Positions 42,817 through 56,048 are shown, counted from the stretch's first letter. The stretch is DNA of 64,000 nucleotides from Octopus vulgaris (GCA_951406725.2 OX597814.1:82026001-82090000), one strand, 5' to 3'. A program made the numbers and translations. Notes: generated by a model not told the origin, from the letters alone.

Positions 42817-43139
42817 CATACCGACAGACAGACAGACTGACAGACAGATAGATAGATAGATAGATAGATAGATACATACATACATACATACATACGTACG
42901 TACGTGCGTGTGTGCGCGCGCGCGCGTGCGTAGTAGTGCTCAAATGATTCAAACTTAGACTCCGATGTCTTTACAGAGGATCAAATCTATGGGGTAAAGA
43001 ATGGCTAGGAAAGGGATCAAGTTTAGCAGATGAGGAGGCAGTTATACGTATAAACAAATTAGATATGTTAAATATAACATTTTATGTATGAAATACAAAA
43101 TATATATATTTGTATACATGCAAAATGAGAGAAATCAAA

Positions 43140-43800
43140 AGTGGAGACTATTAGACGATGAGTATTAAAGTATAAATATATAGATATTTATATTAACAGA
43201 TCCAACTTACACAGAATACAAATGACAGAAAATTAAAGGGGAGGAAGAAAGGTGTTATAAGTCCAACAGCTCTTTCTGGGGCTTCGGAGATCCATCATAA
43301 TGTTGGTAGGTGTAGTTTATCCCAATATGCGGCCGTAATGGAAACAACCAGCATTGGATAAACCGAGCCTCCGTCATCAGAAAAGATCTTAGAATTCAAA
43401 TCATAATGCAGAGTTCAAAGGTAGAATGATTAAATGTGGAGAACTAGCCGTATTAGAGGGAGAAGTAGGAGGGCCGATGGGGTTATGGAAAATGTTAAGA
43501 CAGGGAATGGTGAGAGGAGATAAGAGAGTGAGTTCAAGAATAGGGAAGTGGGTTAATAATGAGTGTATTAAGAGAGGTGGCAGTAAAGATGGAGAGTTGG
43601 GAGGTGAGTGGGAGGGATGGGATAGATAGTAATTGATGGGTGGTCAGTTGTTGAGTTTGTGTATAGACGTTAAAATTTAGGGATAATAGCTGTAGACTTA
43701 TTGGAAGTTGAGATAGTGAGAAAACGGATGGCAATTATTTGAGGGGATGGCACTTATTGAGGAAGATAGAAGGATGTGGTTAGAGTGGGCGGTGAGTCGG
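43140..43800 (-). mobile_element. PLE terminal-repeat-like element with hammerhead-like motif
   Basis: Minus strand 43381-43263: CTGATGA-CGGAG...GAAAgAGCTGTT with a long internal stem. Confidence 0.5.
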
Positions 43801-43849
43801 TGGTCAGAATCGCAGTGGTTAGTACTGAAGGTATGTGTGTGTATATTTT

Positions 43850-44072
43850 TGTGTCTGTGTTTGTCCCCCACCACCGATTGACAACCGATGTTGGTGTGTT
43901 GGTGTGTTTAAGTTTCCGTAACTTAGCTGTTCGGCAAAAGTAGCCGATAGAATAAGTACCAGTTTTAAAAAAGAAAAAGTACTGGGATCAATTCATTCCA
44001 CTATAAGTTCTTCAAGGTGGTGCCCCAGTATGACCGCAGTCTAATGACTGAAACAAGTTAAAGATAAAAGAT
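43850..44072 (+). mobile_element. SINE family B 3' part
   Basis: ttgacaaccgatgttggtgtg..gatagaataagtacc..ctaatgactgaaacaag. Confidence 0.8.
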
Positions 44073-44444
44073 GAATCAAAAACAAGTCGAACTTGTATAC
44101 TTCGGAGACCGTCTTAACCCATTATATGTGGCCTGAAGTGATTCAGTCATCCAGATGTTTGATGCGATATAATATTCGATTCTTGACAATTCAGTGAAAT
44201 GTTTTGTTTTCTGTCTTATAGAAATAAGATGGAGATGAACGTCGCTCAAATTCAACTTTGACAAAAGGTTGTGCACAGCTGAAGGGACTCAAAATGTCGA
44301 TTGCCTTGCCATCTTTGGCATCCAGCTGTTCCTTGCATTTTATTATTTTTCTTTCAATATATCTGCTAAGGAGTCGTGTGCCTATGTCTGTGTGCACATG
44401 CATGCATGCATGCATACATAAATACATACATATATACATATAAT

Positions 44445-44515
<71 letters not shown>

Positions 44516-44519
44516 TACA

Positions 44520-45027
44520 TGGAGGCGCAATGGCCCAGTAGTTAGGGCAGCGCACTCGCGGTTGTAGGATCGCGATTTCGATTCCCAGACCGGGCATTGG
44601 GAGTGTTTATTGAGCGAAAACACCTAAAGCTCCACGAGGCTACGGCAGGAGGTAGTGGTGAACCCTGCTGTACTCTTTTACCACAACTTTCTCTCACTCT
44701 TTCTTCCTGTTTCTGTTGTACCTGTATTTCAAAGGGCCAGCATTGTCCCACTCTGTGTCACGCTGAATTTCCCCGAGAACTACGTTAAGGTTACACGTGT
44801 CTGTGGAGTGCTCAGCCACTTGCACGTTAATAAATGAGCTGCGACGTCACTGGTGCCAAGCTGTATCGGCCTTTGACTTTCCCTTGGATAACATCGGTAG
44901 CTTGGAGAGGGGAGGCCGGTATGCGTGGGCAACTGCTGGTCTTCCATAAACAACCTTGCCCAGACTTGTGCCTCGGAGGGTAACTTTCTATGTGCAATCC
45001 CATGGTCATTCATCACCGAAGGGGGTC
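44520..45027 (+). mobile_element. Composite tRNA-derived SINE (family C group)
   Basis: A-box tggcccagtagttagg, B-like gtttcgattcc; body shared with the 36258 copy, then (44831-45027) tail shared with the 32589 copy. Confidence 0.8.
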
Positions 45028-45043
45028 ACAATATATACATACA

Positions 45044-45437
45044 CTAGCAGTATCGCCCGGCGTTGCTCGGGTTTGTAAGGGAAATAATTATATAAGCATT
45101 TTTAGAGATGTAAAGTATAATAGCCATCTCAATATGGCTAACCACAAAGGGGGAGGGTCGTTACTGTAGCTTTTTACGTTCTGAGATTTAATAATAAATT
45201 TTAGAGAGTTACTTCCCTTATATATGTCAAAAATGGATTTAAAATGGGAAAAATTGATGGTAAATTTTTTTAAAATCGTAAACTCATCGTAGACGCGCGC
45301 TAATACCCAGACGGTCTCGATATGAATCACGACTATAAGATACCTGGTTTTGGTTAAACTGCACCGCAAAATGTGGGAGTAGTTAGGAATCTAAATCGTA
45401 GGAGACAGACACACAACCTCACTTTTATATATAAAGA
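45044..45437 (-). mobile_element. Non-autonomous Helitron
   Basis: Minus strand A|TCtttatatataaaa ... hairpin cccgagcaacgccggg ... CTAG|T. Confidence 0.8.
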
Positions 45438-45599
45438 TTTCCTCTATTTACATAATATTGAGGTCTCTTTCTTTCTTTTGTTATCTTACTGTTTTTACCA
45501 ATATACATATATATATATATATAAATATATATATAGTTACAGAGATGTACTTGCATAGCAAGTGACTTGATCTGAGATCGTGTGCTGGAACGAAAACAG

Positions 45600-45858
45600 T
45601 TGCAGCGTTGAAGGTGTTTATAAGCCATTTAAGAAACACGCAAAAACCGTTAGATTCACTTCAACATTTAAATTTAATTTGTCAAAATATTTTCGTCGCT
45701 TTGAGACCGCGACCTGTTAGCACGATATTTTTGTCAGTGAACAGGTCGCGGTCTCAAAGCGAGGAAAATATTTTGGCAAATTAAATTTAAATGTTGAAGT
45801 GAATCTAACGGTTTTTGTGTGTTTCTTAAATGGCTTACAAACACCTTCCACGCTGCAA
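45600..45858. repeat. 119-bp near-perfect inverted repeat with 21-nt spacer
   Basis: Arms 45600-45718 and 45740-45858; 5 mismatches counted by eye. Confidence 0.95.
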
Positions 45859-45944
45859 TATATATATACACACATATATATATATGTATGTATGTATGTA
45901 TGTGTGTATATGTGTCTGCATGTATGTGTGTGTGTGTGTGCGTG

Positions 45945-46157
45945 TCTGTGCTTGTGATTGTCCTCCACCACTGCTTGACAACGAATGTTGGTTTGTTTAC
46001 ATCCCTGTCACCTAGTGGTTTGACAAAGGAAACAGATAGAATAAGTACAATGCTTACAAAAATAAAACTGAGTTGATTCATTAAACTACAATTCTTCAAG
46101 GCATTGCCCCAGCATGGCCACAGACCAATGGCTAGAAAAAGCAGAAGAATAAAAGAA
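45945..46157 (+). mobile_element. SINE family B 3' part
   Basis: gcttgacaac..gatagaataagtac..ccagcatggcc. Confidence 0.7.
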
Positions 46158-46224
46158 TACATTCTCTGCTTTGGTCTTATGTTCAAGGCATGAGAAAGCT
46201 TGAGTTTACATGAGAAGGCCTAAC

Positions 46225-46490
46225 AGACCTGGTAGAAACAGCAGCCAAATCTCCCTCAAATCACACCTTACTGTCTTATGTATGTATATATATATGAGCC
46301 AATGAGGGGGACCTCTACATGGTAGCTAGACCTGGTAGAAATAGCAGCCAAATTTCCCCCAAATCACACCTTACTGTCTTATCTATGTATATATGTATGT
46401 ATGAGCCTATGAGGGAGACCCCTACATGGCAGCTAGACATGGTAGAAATAGCAGCCAAATCTCCCTCAAATCACACCTTACTGTCTTATC
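46225..46490. repeat. ~105-bp tandem repeat, ~2.5 copies
   Basis: Unit agacctggtagaaatagcagccaaatctccctcaaatcacaccttactgtctta starts at ~46225, 46328 and 46435. Confidence 0.9.
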
Positions 46491-47045
46491 TTTCTGCTAC
46501 TTGGATATAGGTGTTATATTCGTCGTAAAAAACTTTCCTGTCACACACTCACGCACACGCACACACACACACACACACGCACCCTCACACACACACACGC
46601 ACACACACACACTCACACACACGCACGTTAGCTTACAATTTTATTTATATATTTGCGTGTCTATGTGTTGAAAGAGGAAGTGGGAGGCAGAGTGAAAGAA
46701 TCACTCACTACAGTAAGTGAATTACTATCATTTTATTCGTTGCCCACTGTGTGTATGCGTTTGCGTGTGGTGTAAACCAGACTAAGAAAAGCATTTGACA
46801 CACACACCAGAATGTGAGTTTTCTGTAAATTTTGCTTAATTGGAGTTTAAATTTTAAAAACTGGACCTGGCATGACGCGATGCATTGTACTCTTAAAAAT
46901 GCGAGGTAAATTGTAATTGAAGAAATCCTATATTGTAGATTTCTATAACTCCCAAAGGGAGGCAGATAAAATCTGCCTTTTATAATAAGAGATACAAACA
47001 CATGCACACACACACATGTATGTAGACATATGTATACATATATAC

Positions 47046-47082
<37 letters not shown>

Positions 47083-47134
47083 GTGTGTATGTGTGTGTGT
47101 GATTGAGTGTATTTTATCTTTATGTATATGTCTA

Positions 47135-47570
47135 CTGGAGATAAGGTAGGATAACAGCTGTGCTGATGAGGCCTATTCTGAAAGAAACAGGTGTCCATAG
47201 AGATACTCTTGCCTCCAAACAATTAGGTTGTCTTTTCTTAAATAGTATGATGATTTTGGAGAACTTTTGTTTTCTGAGATTATCTCTCTTTTACGCCATC
47301 AAGCGATTGTTCTATCTTCTCCATCCTATAATAGTGTTTAATATACTCTTATTCGTCTTTGCTGTTCGAATACATGCTACTGTCTAATCTGAGTTATTTC
47401 TCTTGAGGACTTTTTCGTCTCATTTATGTAAATTACCTCATCCCCAAAAATGTGCTTTTCTCCATTTCTATCTAATCGTGCCTTCTGCTGAAAATAACGT
47501 AGGACAACGACGCTGCCGATGACGCCTATTGAAGCAGAAACACTGTCAACAACTGTTCTCTTGTATACAT
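47135..47570 (+). ncRNA. Two hammerhead motifs in diverged direct repeats ~350 nt apart
   Basis: ctgtg-CTGATGA..GAAAC-aggt-GTC-catag (47158-47200) and CCGATGA..GAAAC-act-GTC (47516-47547) with homologous flanks. Confidence 0.6.
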
Positions 47571-48339
47571 ACAGTCAGACTGACTCGTTTTAAAAGCAGA
47601 ATCCTTGTTACTTGATTTCACCTTTTCATTTGAAGATGGCCCCTTTTGGCACCTAGCAAATATTTCTGACATCCCTGAAAGAGCAGATAATAATCATAAT
47701 CGATAATGCAATAGCCTATCGTGTATTGTATTTAATATACCTTCTTTCGTTTTTGTTGTTCAAAGACTGTAATTCTAAATTATTTTTTTTCGATCATATT
47801 CTTTTATATAATCCTCAGTTGCTGTATAGGTATGCCATTTTCTTCATATACTCCTTAGTTCTTGTATGGCTATGCCATTTTATTTAAGTAGAGACAGGTA
47901 TTTTTGTTTGAGCAAAAAATCTCTTAGCTCTGTTAGGCGTGTGTTCCTGATATTTGCATCTTTTACAATGGTATATATTCTTCTGGGTAGGTAGTATGGT
48001 AGATTCTATAAACAATCATACACACCCATGTATATATATGTATATATATATATTTATATATATATATATATATACATATATACACACATATATACATACA
48101 TACATACATACATACATACATACATACATACATACATACATACATACATACATACATACATACATACATTGTGGCTTCCCCCTCGTTATAGAATATGCCC
48201 ATTGCACGAAGCTTAATCAATATTGTTTTTGTGCAATGCCTGTGTAAGAAATTTTTTTTTAAAGTGAGGAAAGGATGTACACTGAGTCAATCCCACTCAC
48301 TAAGCAACAGCAGCCATAATCCGAAAAGAAGAACATGTC

Positions 48340-48720
48340 AACATCATCGGTAACCACTTAGCCGCAGGTTTTATTTCGGAGTTATCCCAGTTACCTGAGT
48401 TACCTTCTCCTAGAAGGATGCCCTAACAAAGGCTAGGAGTCCTTCACTCCCAATGGTTTAACCGCGCGATCGGGTATTCAGTCCAATTATTTCTATGTCC
48501 CCGCACATGATACAGCCTTAAGACATTTATTGGATGGCTGTTGACTCTCAAGAGCTCCTCCGCCCTTTGACAAGTTTTGTATTTCATCCCTCAGGGTGAC
48601 CAATTAACACCCTCCTCACCAAGCAAGATTGGTGGGGTTGCCGGTTTAGTCGCCGACGACCCGACCATGCAACAGGCTGTACTGGGTTACATGTTACCAG
48701 TAGCACTCGAATGTGACCTG
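48340..48720 (-). mobile_element. RTE-like LINE 5' region remnant
   Basis: GC-richer island; ccttctcctag..aaggct resembles RTE 5' UTRs (recognition only). Confidence 0.4.
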
Positions 48721-48924
48721 ACATACATACATACATACATACATACATACATACATACACACATACATACATACATACATGCATACATATACATATAAAA
48801 CTCGACTCCGTCGGTCACGAATGACTACTGGTACCCCTTTGGGGTACAAGTCTGGGCGGAAAGTCGCCTCACCGGCAAACGCACAACCTATGGTTATTTT
48901 TATGGAAGACCAGCTGTCGCTCAT

Positions 48925-49032
<108 letters not shown>

Positions 49033-50342
49033 CACATATATACATATATATTGAATCTCCTACAGGTGGCACCGACGACACATGCCGCCGGAAATTAGCG
49101 AGCCAAAACGAGAAACAAGGCAGAAAATGTACAAGCAAGAATGCGATGCAGGCAGTTAACATACAAACGTGGAATAACTTGTACTCCAAAACAAGACAAT
49201 TAGTGGATGTACGAGGGACATAGAAGAAAAGAAACGGGATGTGGGTATACAAACGAACTGAAATAATTAAACGAGCAAAATAAGGCCTTAGGGCCAGACA
49301 GGAGACAAAAATAGTCAACACTGTGAGAATATCCTGAAGAATTTAATAGAGAGAACACGAAGGGGGAATAGAGCGGGAAACGAGAAAATGTGACCGCTCG
49401 GCAGGCCAGCCAGTAGAGGAAAGAAAGGCCCTAAATCCTTACTGTAATACGGCTGGTTCGACCCGCCATATATCCTCAATATGAACTCTAATATTGGTTT
49501 CAAATTTTGGCACAAGGCCAGCAATTTCGGGGCTAGGAGTAAGTCGAGTATATTGATACTATTGCTCAAGGAAATTGTCCTGGGTACGAATATTATGAGT
49601 AGTCGTAACTTAATCCTGGTTGCTGTTTTGACCCGACACGTGACTAGATACATTTCCAGTTATATCCATCATAATCTTAATGAACGCTCTCAGTAGAGCG
49701 TGTTCATTAAGAAAAAAGGATAAAGGATGATAGCCTGTAGGCATTTTACAACACTCAAAAATAACGTACTCTAACTAACATAGATCAGCTAGAACATATT
49801 TGTACCTATAATTAAGTTGGTACATTCTGATAGATATCCAGAATTTCAGGTAACACATATACAGATAATATATTCAGGATCTGTACAGTCAATAATTGAG
49901 AGATAACTCTGGTTTCAGGAAGTGGGGCGTTACAACAGATTAATCACAGTGTAAGCTCTGAGCGTCCTGGATAACTTTCCCTCAATGCAAGTCGTGGGTG
50001 GGTCACAAGAGAATGTACCTTACAAATTTTGTTCCCTTGCTCCTGAAATGTTTGAGCCCTTTTCTATCACTTTTTATCTCAGCAAACTACTGGCAGAATC
50101 TTTGCTTTAGCGTGAGCAATAAAATTTTGATAGTTTATTGAAAAATAGTGCAAGTGGATAGAACAGCAAATCTAAGTCCCAGAATATTAATAAATATGAG
50201 TAAAGATTTTGCCAATATGTTAATTATGACGTTGATTTTTGTAGTTTCCTCAGTATACTTTCCTTTGATAAATATGTCCTACATATCACTAACTTCTTAT
50301 ATGTCTATATCCATAACAATCCTATCTCACAAGTAGATACTA

Positions 50343-50547
50343 GTTTCAAATTTTGGCACAAGGCCAGTAATTTAGGGGAAAGGAGTAGGTCGATTACATC
50401 GACCCCAATGCTCAACTGATACTTATTTTATCGACTCCGAAAAGATGAATGTCGACCTCGGTGGAATGAACTCAGAACGTAAAGACGGATGAAATGCGGC
50501 TAAGTATTTTGCCTGGCATGCTAGCGATTTTTACAGCACGTCACCTT
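50343..50547 (-). mobile_element. SINE family A copy
   Basis: tttcaaattttggcacaaggcc..cgattacatcgacccc..tcagaacgtaaagacgga. Confidence 0.8.
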
Positions 50548-51469
50548 GTTACACTCACAAATCAACATTAACAGGATATAATTTGCGGATTGCTTCTTAA
50601 GATCTGGGTCCCATGTTGAGTTTTTATGTTTTTCTGTTTATCACATATAGAAGTTTTACATTCATCCTTACTTTTTACATCAAATATTTTGCTGTTCTGA
50701 ATTGCCAAAGCATACTTAAAACATGAAAGCAAATATAACAGTTATTCGTCCAAAACAGACAACAGTGGTTATGTATCTTACTGTAATCTGAAAACTTTTG
50801 ACAACATAGCTATGCATCATCTTCTGATGGTGAGCAAAAAATCTTTCCTCTGCATGCATATGTCTATGCATGGAATGTATGTAAGATGCATGTGCTTATG
50901 TGTGTGCCTCACAGTAGATATTAGTTATTATCAGCCGTCAGTCGTCGCAACTATGACTGTTCATGACTTTGGCATGGCTTGATAAGCTTTCTCCAAACTT
51001 GTTTTGATTGCTTCAAAGATAAATCGATAATTATCTATTAGATCATATTGAATTTTAAAAATACTATATTGTCAAGTGGATGAAAGAACCGAGAGTTAAA
51101 TGTTTATGGCGATAAATAGGATTATTTGTACAGATATGATTGTTCCCCGGCTGTTTCTGTTTATATTGCATTTACAGTTTGTAGCAATACTCACCAAATA
51201 ACAACACGTATTCATTGACTTTATGAGAGAAAGAGAGAAGTGACCGCTCAATACGTTAGGTGTTACACCCAACGACTTATACCTTTAAGCTGTTTCATTT
51301 ATTCAGATGGAACAGTTGTTGGAAAAGACTATAACTACAAGCTGTCATCTTGTTAACGAGTGAATTGACTTTAAAGAATAAACTTCAGAGCAATATGTCA
51401 ATCTGAGATTTTTAGTTTTCACTTTCTTTGTTCAGACAAAAATATTTTGAAATTTAGGACGAGTGTAAT

Positions 51470-51660
51470 CTTTTATCTTTTGTTTCCGTCATTAAACTGT
51501 GGCCATACTGTGGCACCGTCTTTAAGGGTTTAGTCGAACAAATCGTACCTAGAGCTTATTTATAAGTTTGGCACCTATTCCGTCGGTGTCGAAGCGTACG
51601 TTACAGGGACGTAAATAAACCAGCACCTGTTGTCAAGTAGTGGGTGAGAACAAACACAAT
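51470..51660 (-). mobile_element. SINE family B 3' part, degraded
   Basis: ttgtttcc..tgtggccata..tagtcgaacaaatcg..ttgtcaag. Confidence 0.65.
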
Positions 51661-51995
51661 CACACACACACATACGCACACACATACACGCACATCCTTC
51701 ATTATTCACTCTTTCTCTTCCCTCCTTTAAGGGTACCTCGTGATCATCCTGTTTCTTAAACCAACCACCCTTTTCTGGGGCCTGGCAGTACGCTTGATCA
51801 GTTGGGTCTTATTCAGCTCTTGGAATAACATCGTGTTTAGCTTTGGTTTGTCTTGTTTTTCTATATATCTTTTCAAATCCGGAAGGATTACATTCTTTCC
51901 GAACAGCGTTACTTTCTCACATAGCTTAATTCTGCCATATAACCGAAAGGCTTTCTATGTATATATAAATACCTGTGTCATTTATTATTTGTTCA

Positions 51996-52980
51996 CTAGC
52001 TGACCCTGTGTCGTCAAAAATGACGGCTAATTGTAGTATTATATATATATAAATAAGGTACAAAATAAGGTACCTAATATTCACTGATACAAACAATCAC
52101 ATACTTCTCCTGTACACGCACACACATACACACATATACTGACAAGCAGTTGAAACGCTGTTTGTTTTTTCTTTTCAGTATTGAATGTCCACCATCCTAC
52201 TTCTATTGCACGCACACACACACACATTCACATAACACCATTTTATACACACACACACACATTCACATGACTCAATTTTATACACACGCACACACACACA
52301 TACGCAGAGGTGAAGCGCTGTTTAATTTTTTTTCACCATAGAACTTCCATTATCCTACTACCAAGTTTGCCATCACCCCTTCCTTCCTTACTCCTCTATC
52401 ACTCCTTCCTTTCTCGTTCATATGTTGTGACGGAGAAATAGACAAGAGTATTATTATAGCAGAAGATATGTATGGTAAATCAAATTAATACACTTTTCAA
52501 TGTTGACATACATTCACATACTTCCCTTGTACACTCACACGCATACACACATATACTCAGAGTTGAAATGCTTGATTCTTTTCAGCGTTGAATGTTCATT
52601 ATCCCATTTCCATTGCACACACACACACACACACACACTCACACACACAAACACAAACAAACAAACACAAACATTCACATACCTCCTTTTTATATACACA
52701 CACATATACTCATACAGAGTTGAAACGCTGATTTTTTTCACCCCTTCCTTTGTTATTTATGTATCACCCTTTTCGTCCTCATTCATATGTTGTGACGGAG
52801 AAAAACAGAATATACACGACGCGCTCTTTTCCACTTCCTTTCTCTTATTGCTATTACTTTCTCTCACTCCCTCTCAGTCAGAGTTATTACTCTCACTACT
52901 TCTCCTTCCCTGGATTACTATTTTCTCTCCTCTCCTTTCACTTATACTACTCTTTCACCTACACTGTCCAGCGTGATTTT

Positions 52981-53016
<36 letters not shown>

Positions 53017-53059
53017 GCACAAATATATATAACACTACGCACATTATTATACTAGAAGA
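51996..53059 (-). mobile_element. Tandem non-autonomous Helitron copies
   Basis: Copy 1 (52466 to 51996): A|TCttctgctataataa ... ccgtcatttttgacga hairpin ... CTAG|T; related 3'-incomplete copy (53059 to 52468) starts A|TCttctagtataataa; shared gttgaaacgctg and gtgacggaga. Confidence 0.7.
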
Positions 53060-53331
53060 TGCTTTCATTACTATCATTTCTTTTTCTATATTTTCTCGAT
53101 GTCCTCATAACTCGTCCTTTTCACAATTCGGTGTACATACTTGACTAATTCTATCCTTCCTGTTCGCTCATTTGCATATCAGTGACGCCCCAAATTGAAC
53201 AATTTTAATCAATTAGGCATCGAAATTGAGATGTTTTGGGGCCGAAAATTGAGGAAGGAGTGTGTGTTTTCCGTAATGTTCTTTCGTTGTATTTCCGTCT
53301 AACATTTTATATATGTATATATATATATATA

Positions 53332-53333
<2 letters not shown>

Positions 53334-53398
<65 letters not shown>

Positions 53399-53429
53399 AT
53401 CATCATCATCATCATCATCTTCATTATTA

Positions 53430-53490
<61 letters not shown>

Positions 53491-53497
53491 CATTATT
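53334..53497. repeat. (TAT)n/(CAT)n microsatellite
   Basis: Directly visible. Confidence 0.95.
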
Positions 53498-53709
53498 TCT
53501 AAGTCTCTCTAAAGGAGACTACGGCAGCGATAGTGGATATTAACAGTTATCGCCAGGCTAATTTGGCAGTCCATAAATATAGGATGAAAGCTGCCGTTGC
53601 TTAGCTCCAAGAAACCATCGCCTCTAGCTAGCTATATGCCACACGAACCTGTGTCCATTATAGCCTTCGAACAGGGGAGGTCAGCCGCTTCCCCTTGCTG
53701 GTCAGGCAT

Positions 53710-53750
53710 CTGCAGACACGTTTCAGAGTATTTGCTCTTTATCAGTGCAG
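53710..53750 (-). ncRNA. Minimal type I hammerhead ribozyme (G8>A)
   Basis: CTGCA-CTGATAA-AGAG-caaata-CTCT-GAAA-CGTG-TC-TGCAG. Confidence 0.75.
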
Positions 53751-53819
53751 AATAGCCGAACCGAGCAGGCGTCGCTGGGTTCGGCTACTCTGCATTGATA
53801 TATATATATACTCTGCATT

Positions 53820-53904
<85 letters not shown>

Positions 53905-53994
53905 AGGTAGGTACAATAAATTCAGGGTGAATAGTTGATAAATGTAAGCACCTGTATATGCCAGCTAGGAGCAGAGGTGAGAGGATATATGTAT

Positions 53995-54039
<45 letters not shown>

Positions 54040-54099
54040 ATAACGAACCATGTAATTCACAATTCACACTCTGGAAAATTTATTTCTGCAAAATGTTTT

Positions 54100-54620
54100 G
54101 AGTGGGTAAAATTTCCGAGGCTTCCCCCTCACTGAACCCGTTTTTCGGACCCCCATAAGGGTTTGTAGCGTATTAGGAGGTCACAGGAATTCATTCAACG
54201 AAAACTAAAGAAAAATTCCCAATGATTCCGGGATTGGGGGGAGGCCTCGCCCCACCCATTTTTTTCCCGAACGAAAATAAGGAATTTGCAGCATATTAGG
54301 TCGGGGTACTTGATTTCACGCAAAAAAAATAAATCCGATTTTTATTTTTTTTCCTTAGTGAAAATCGTAGGGGAAAAGATCAGTGGGGGTGGGGTGAAAT
54401 TTCCGAGGCTTCAATCTCACCCACCCTGTTCTTTGGACCCCCAAAAAGGGTTTTGTAGCACATTAGGAGGTCACCGGAATTCATTCAACGAAAAAAAAAT
54501 CCCTATACCCCTTTTTTTCGAACCAAAATTAGGGATTTGCAGCATATTAGGAGGTCAGGGTACTTGATTCCACGCAAAAAATCTGAGTTTTTTTCTTTTT
54601 ACTTAGTGAAAATCGTGCGG
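54100..54620. repeat. ~290-bp diverged tandem duplication inside an unclassified repeat
   Basis: aaatttccgaggctt..ggacccc..attaggaggtcac.ggaattcattcaacgaaaa..ttagtgaaaatcgt occurs twice. Confidence 0.8.
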
Positions 54621-54853
54621 GTTTTAATCTAAAAATTTACCCTTTGTTTTTCTTTCTCGCCATTGCTAGACAGGTGACTTAACTCATATTAGCAAACTTA
54701 TGGATTTAACCGACGTAGAAATTAGTAAAAGTTACGGTTGAAAATTGATTTTTATCACTATCCGCGGGTGCCTCGGGGAAAATAAGCTGACAAAAACACA
54801 GCCATGATCATGACCAATGTCCCCCTAAAGTTGGAGCGACATGCGTGCTAATT

Positions 54854-55122
<269 letters not shown>

Positions 55123-55123
<1 letters not shown>

Positions 55124-55729
55124 TATGTTTCTTTATTAGCCACACAGGGCTGCACATAGACAGGACAAATTACAAGGTAGAGCTTTTCTTTTGGGGGTAA
55201 AAAAAAGGGGGGTTGGTTTTCGATCAAAAGGGATCGTAAAAGGAAAGAAAGAGGACAAAAAAAGGGGGGAATAAAATTTTTTAAAAAAGCGGGGAGGGGA
55301 GGGAAAGGAAAAAAATTGATCAATAGGGATCGTTATCACAGAAATGTCAATATGAATTGTAAAGGGGAGGACAGGTGAGGTTTACCCGTGGAAAGAATAG
55401 CCTACGGAAAAGACCGCGGTAACCTCGGTCAATGAAGTCACATGTTATATTTCTTTTCTTTTTTTTTTGCAAATAAGCAACTCTCTGTATTAATTTTTAC
55501 GGTTCATAGAATCATAGTCAAGGTGGCTTCGTCATTCATACGTGCCATCCTTGCTACATTCACCCATCTTTTTTTAAAACATTCACTAGACAAAACTTGC
55601 CTCTCTACTCTCACTTTCCTCTTCAAGTGATACTTGAAGAAGTTGATGAGAGGACCAGAGAGGAAAGTGTTTGTCTCTAATCCTTTCAGGCGCGTCCACC
55701 AGATACATTCTTTCGCCATAGCCACAAGT
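55123..55729 (-). mobile_element. 5'-truncated Tx1/L1-like LINE 3' end
   Basis: ORF2 C-terminus AMAKECIWWTR..FFKYHLKRKVRVER..FKKRW; 3' UTR ending ..gctAATAAAgaaacata, then (TATC)n. Confidence 0.7.

Positions 55730-56048
<319 letters not shown>

Noticed and set aside
46225-46490. CRISPR-like repeat-spacer appearance
   Set aside because: The 'spacers' are homologous to each other; eukaryotic context with no cas genes
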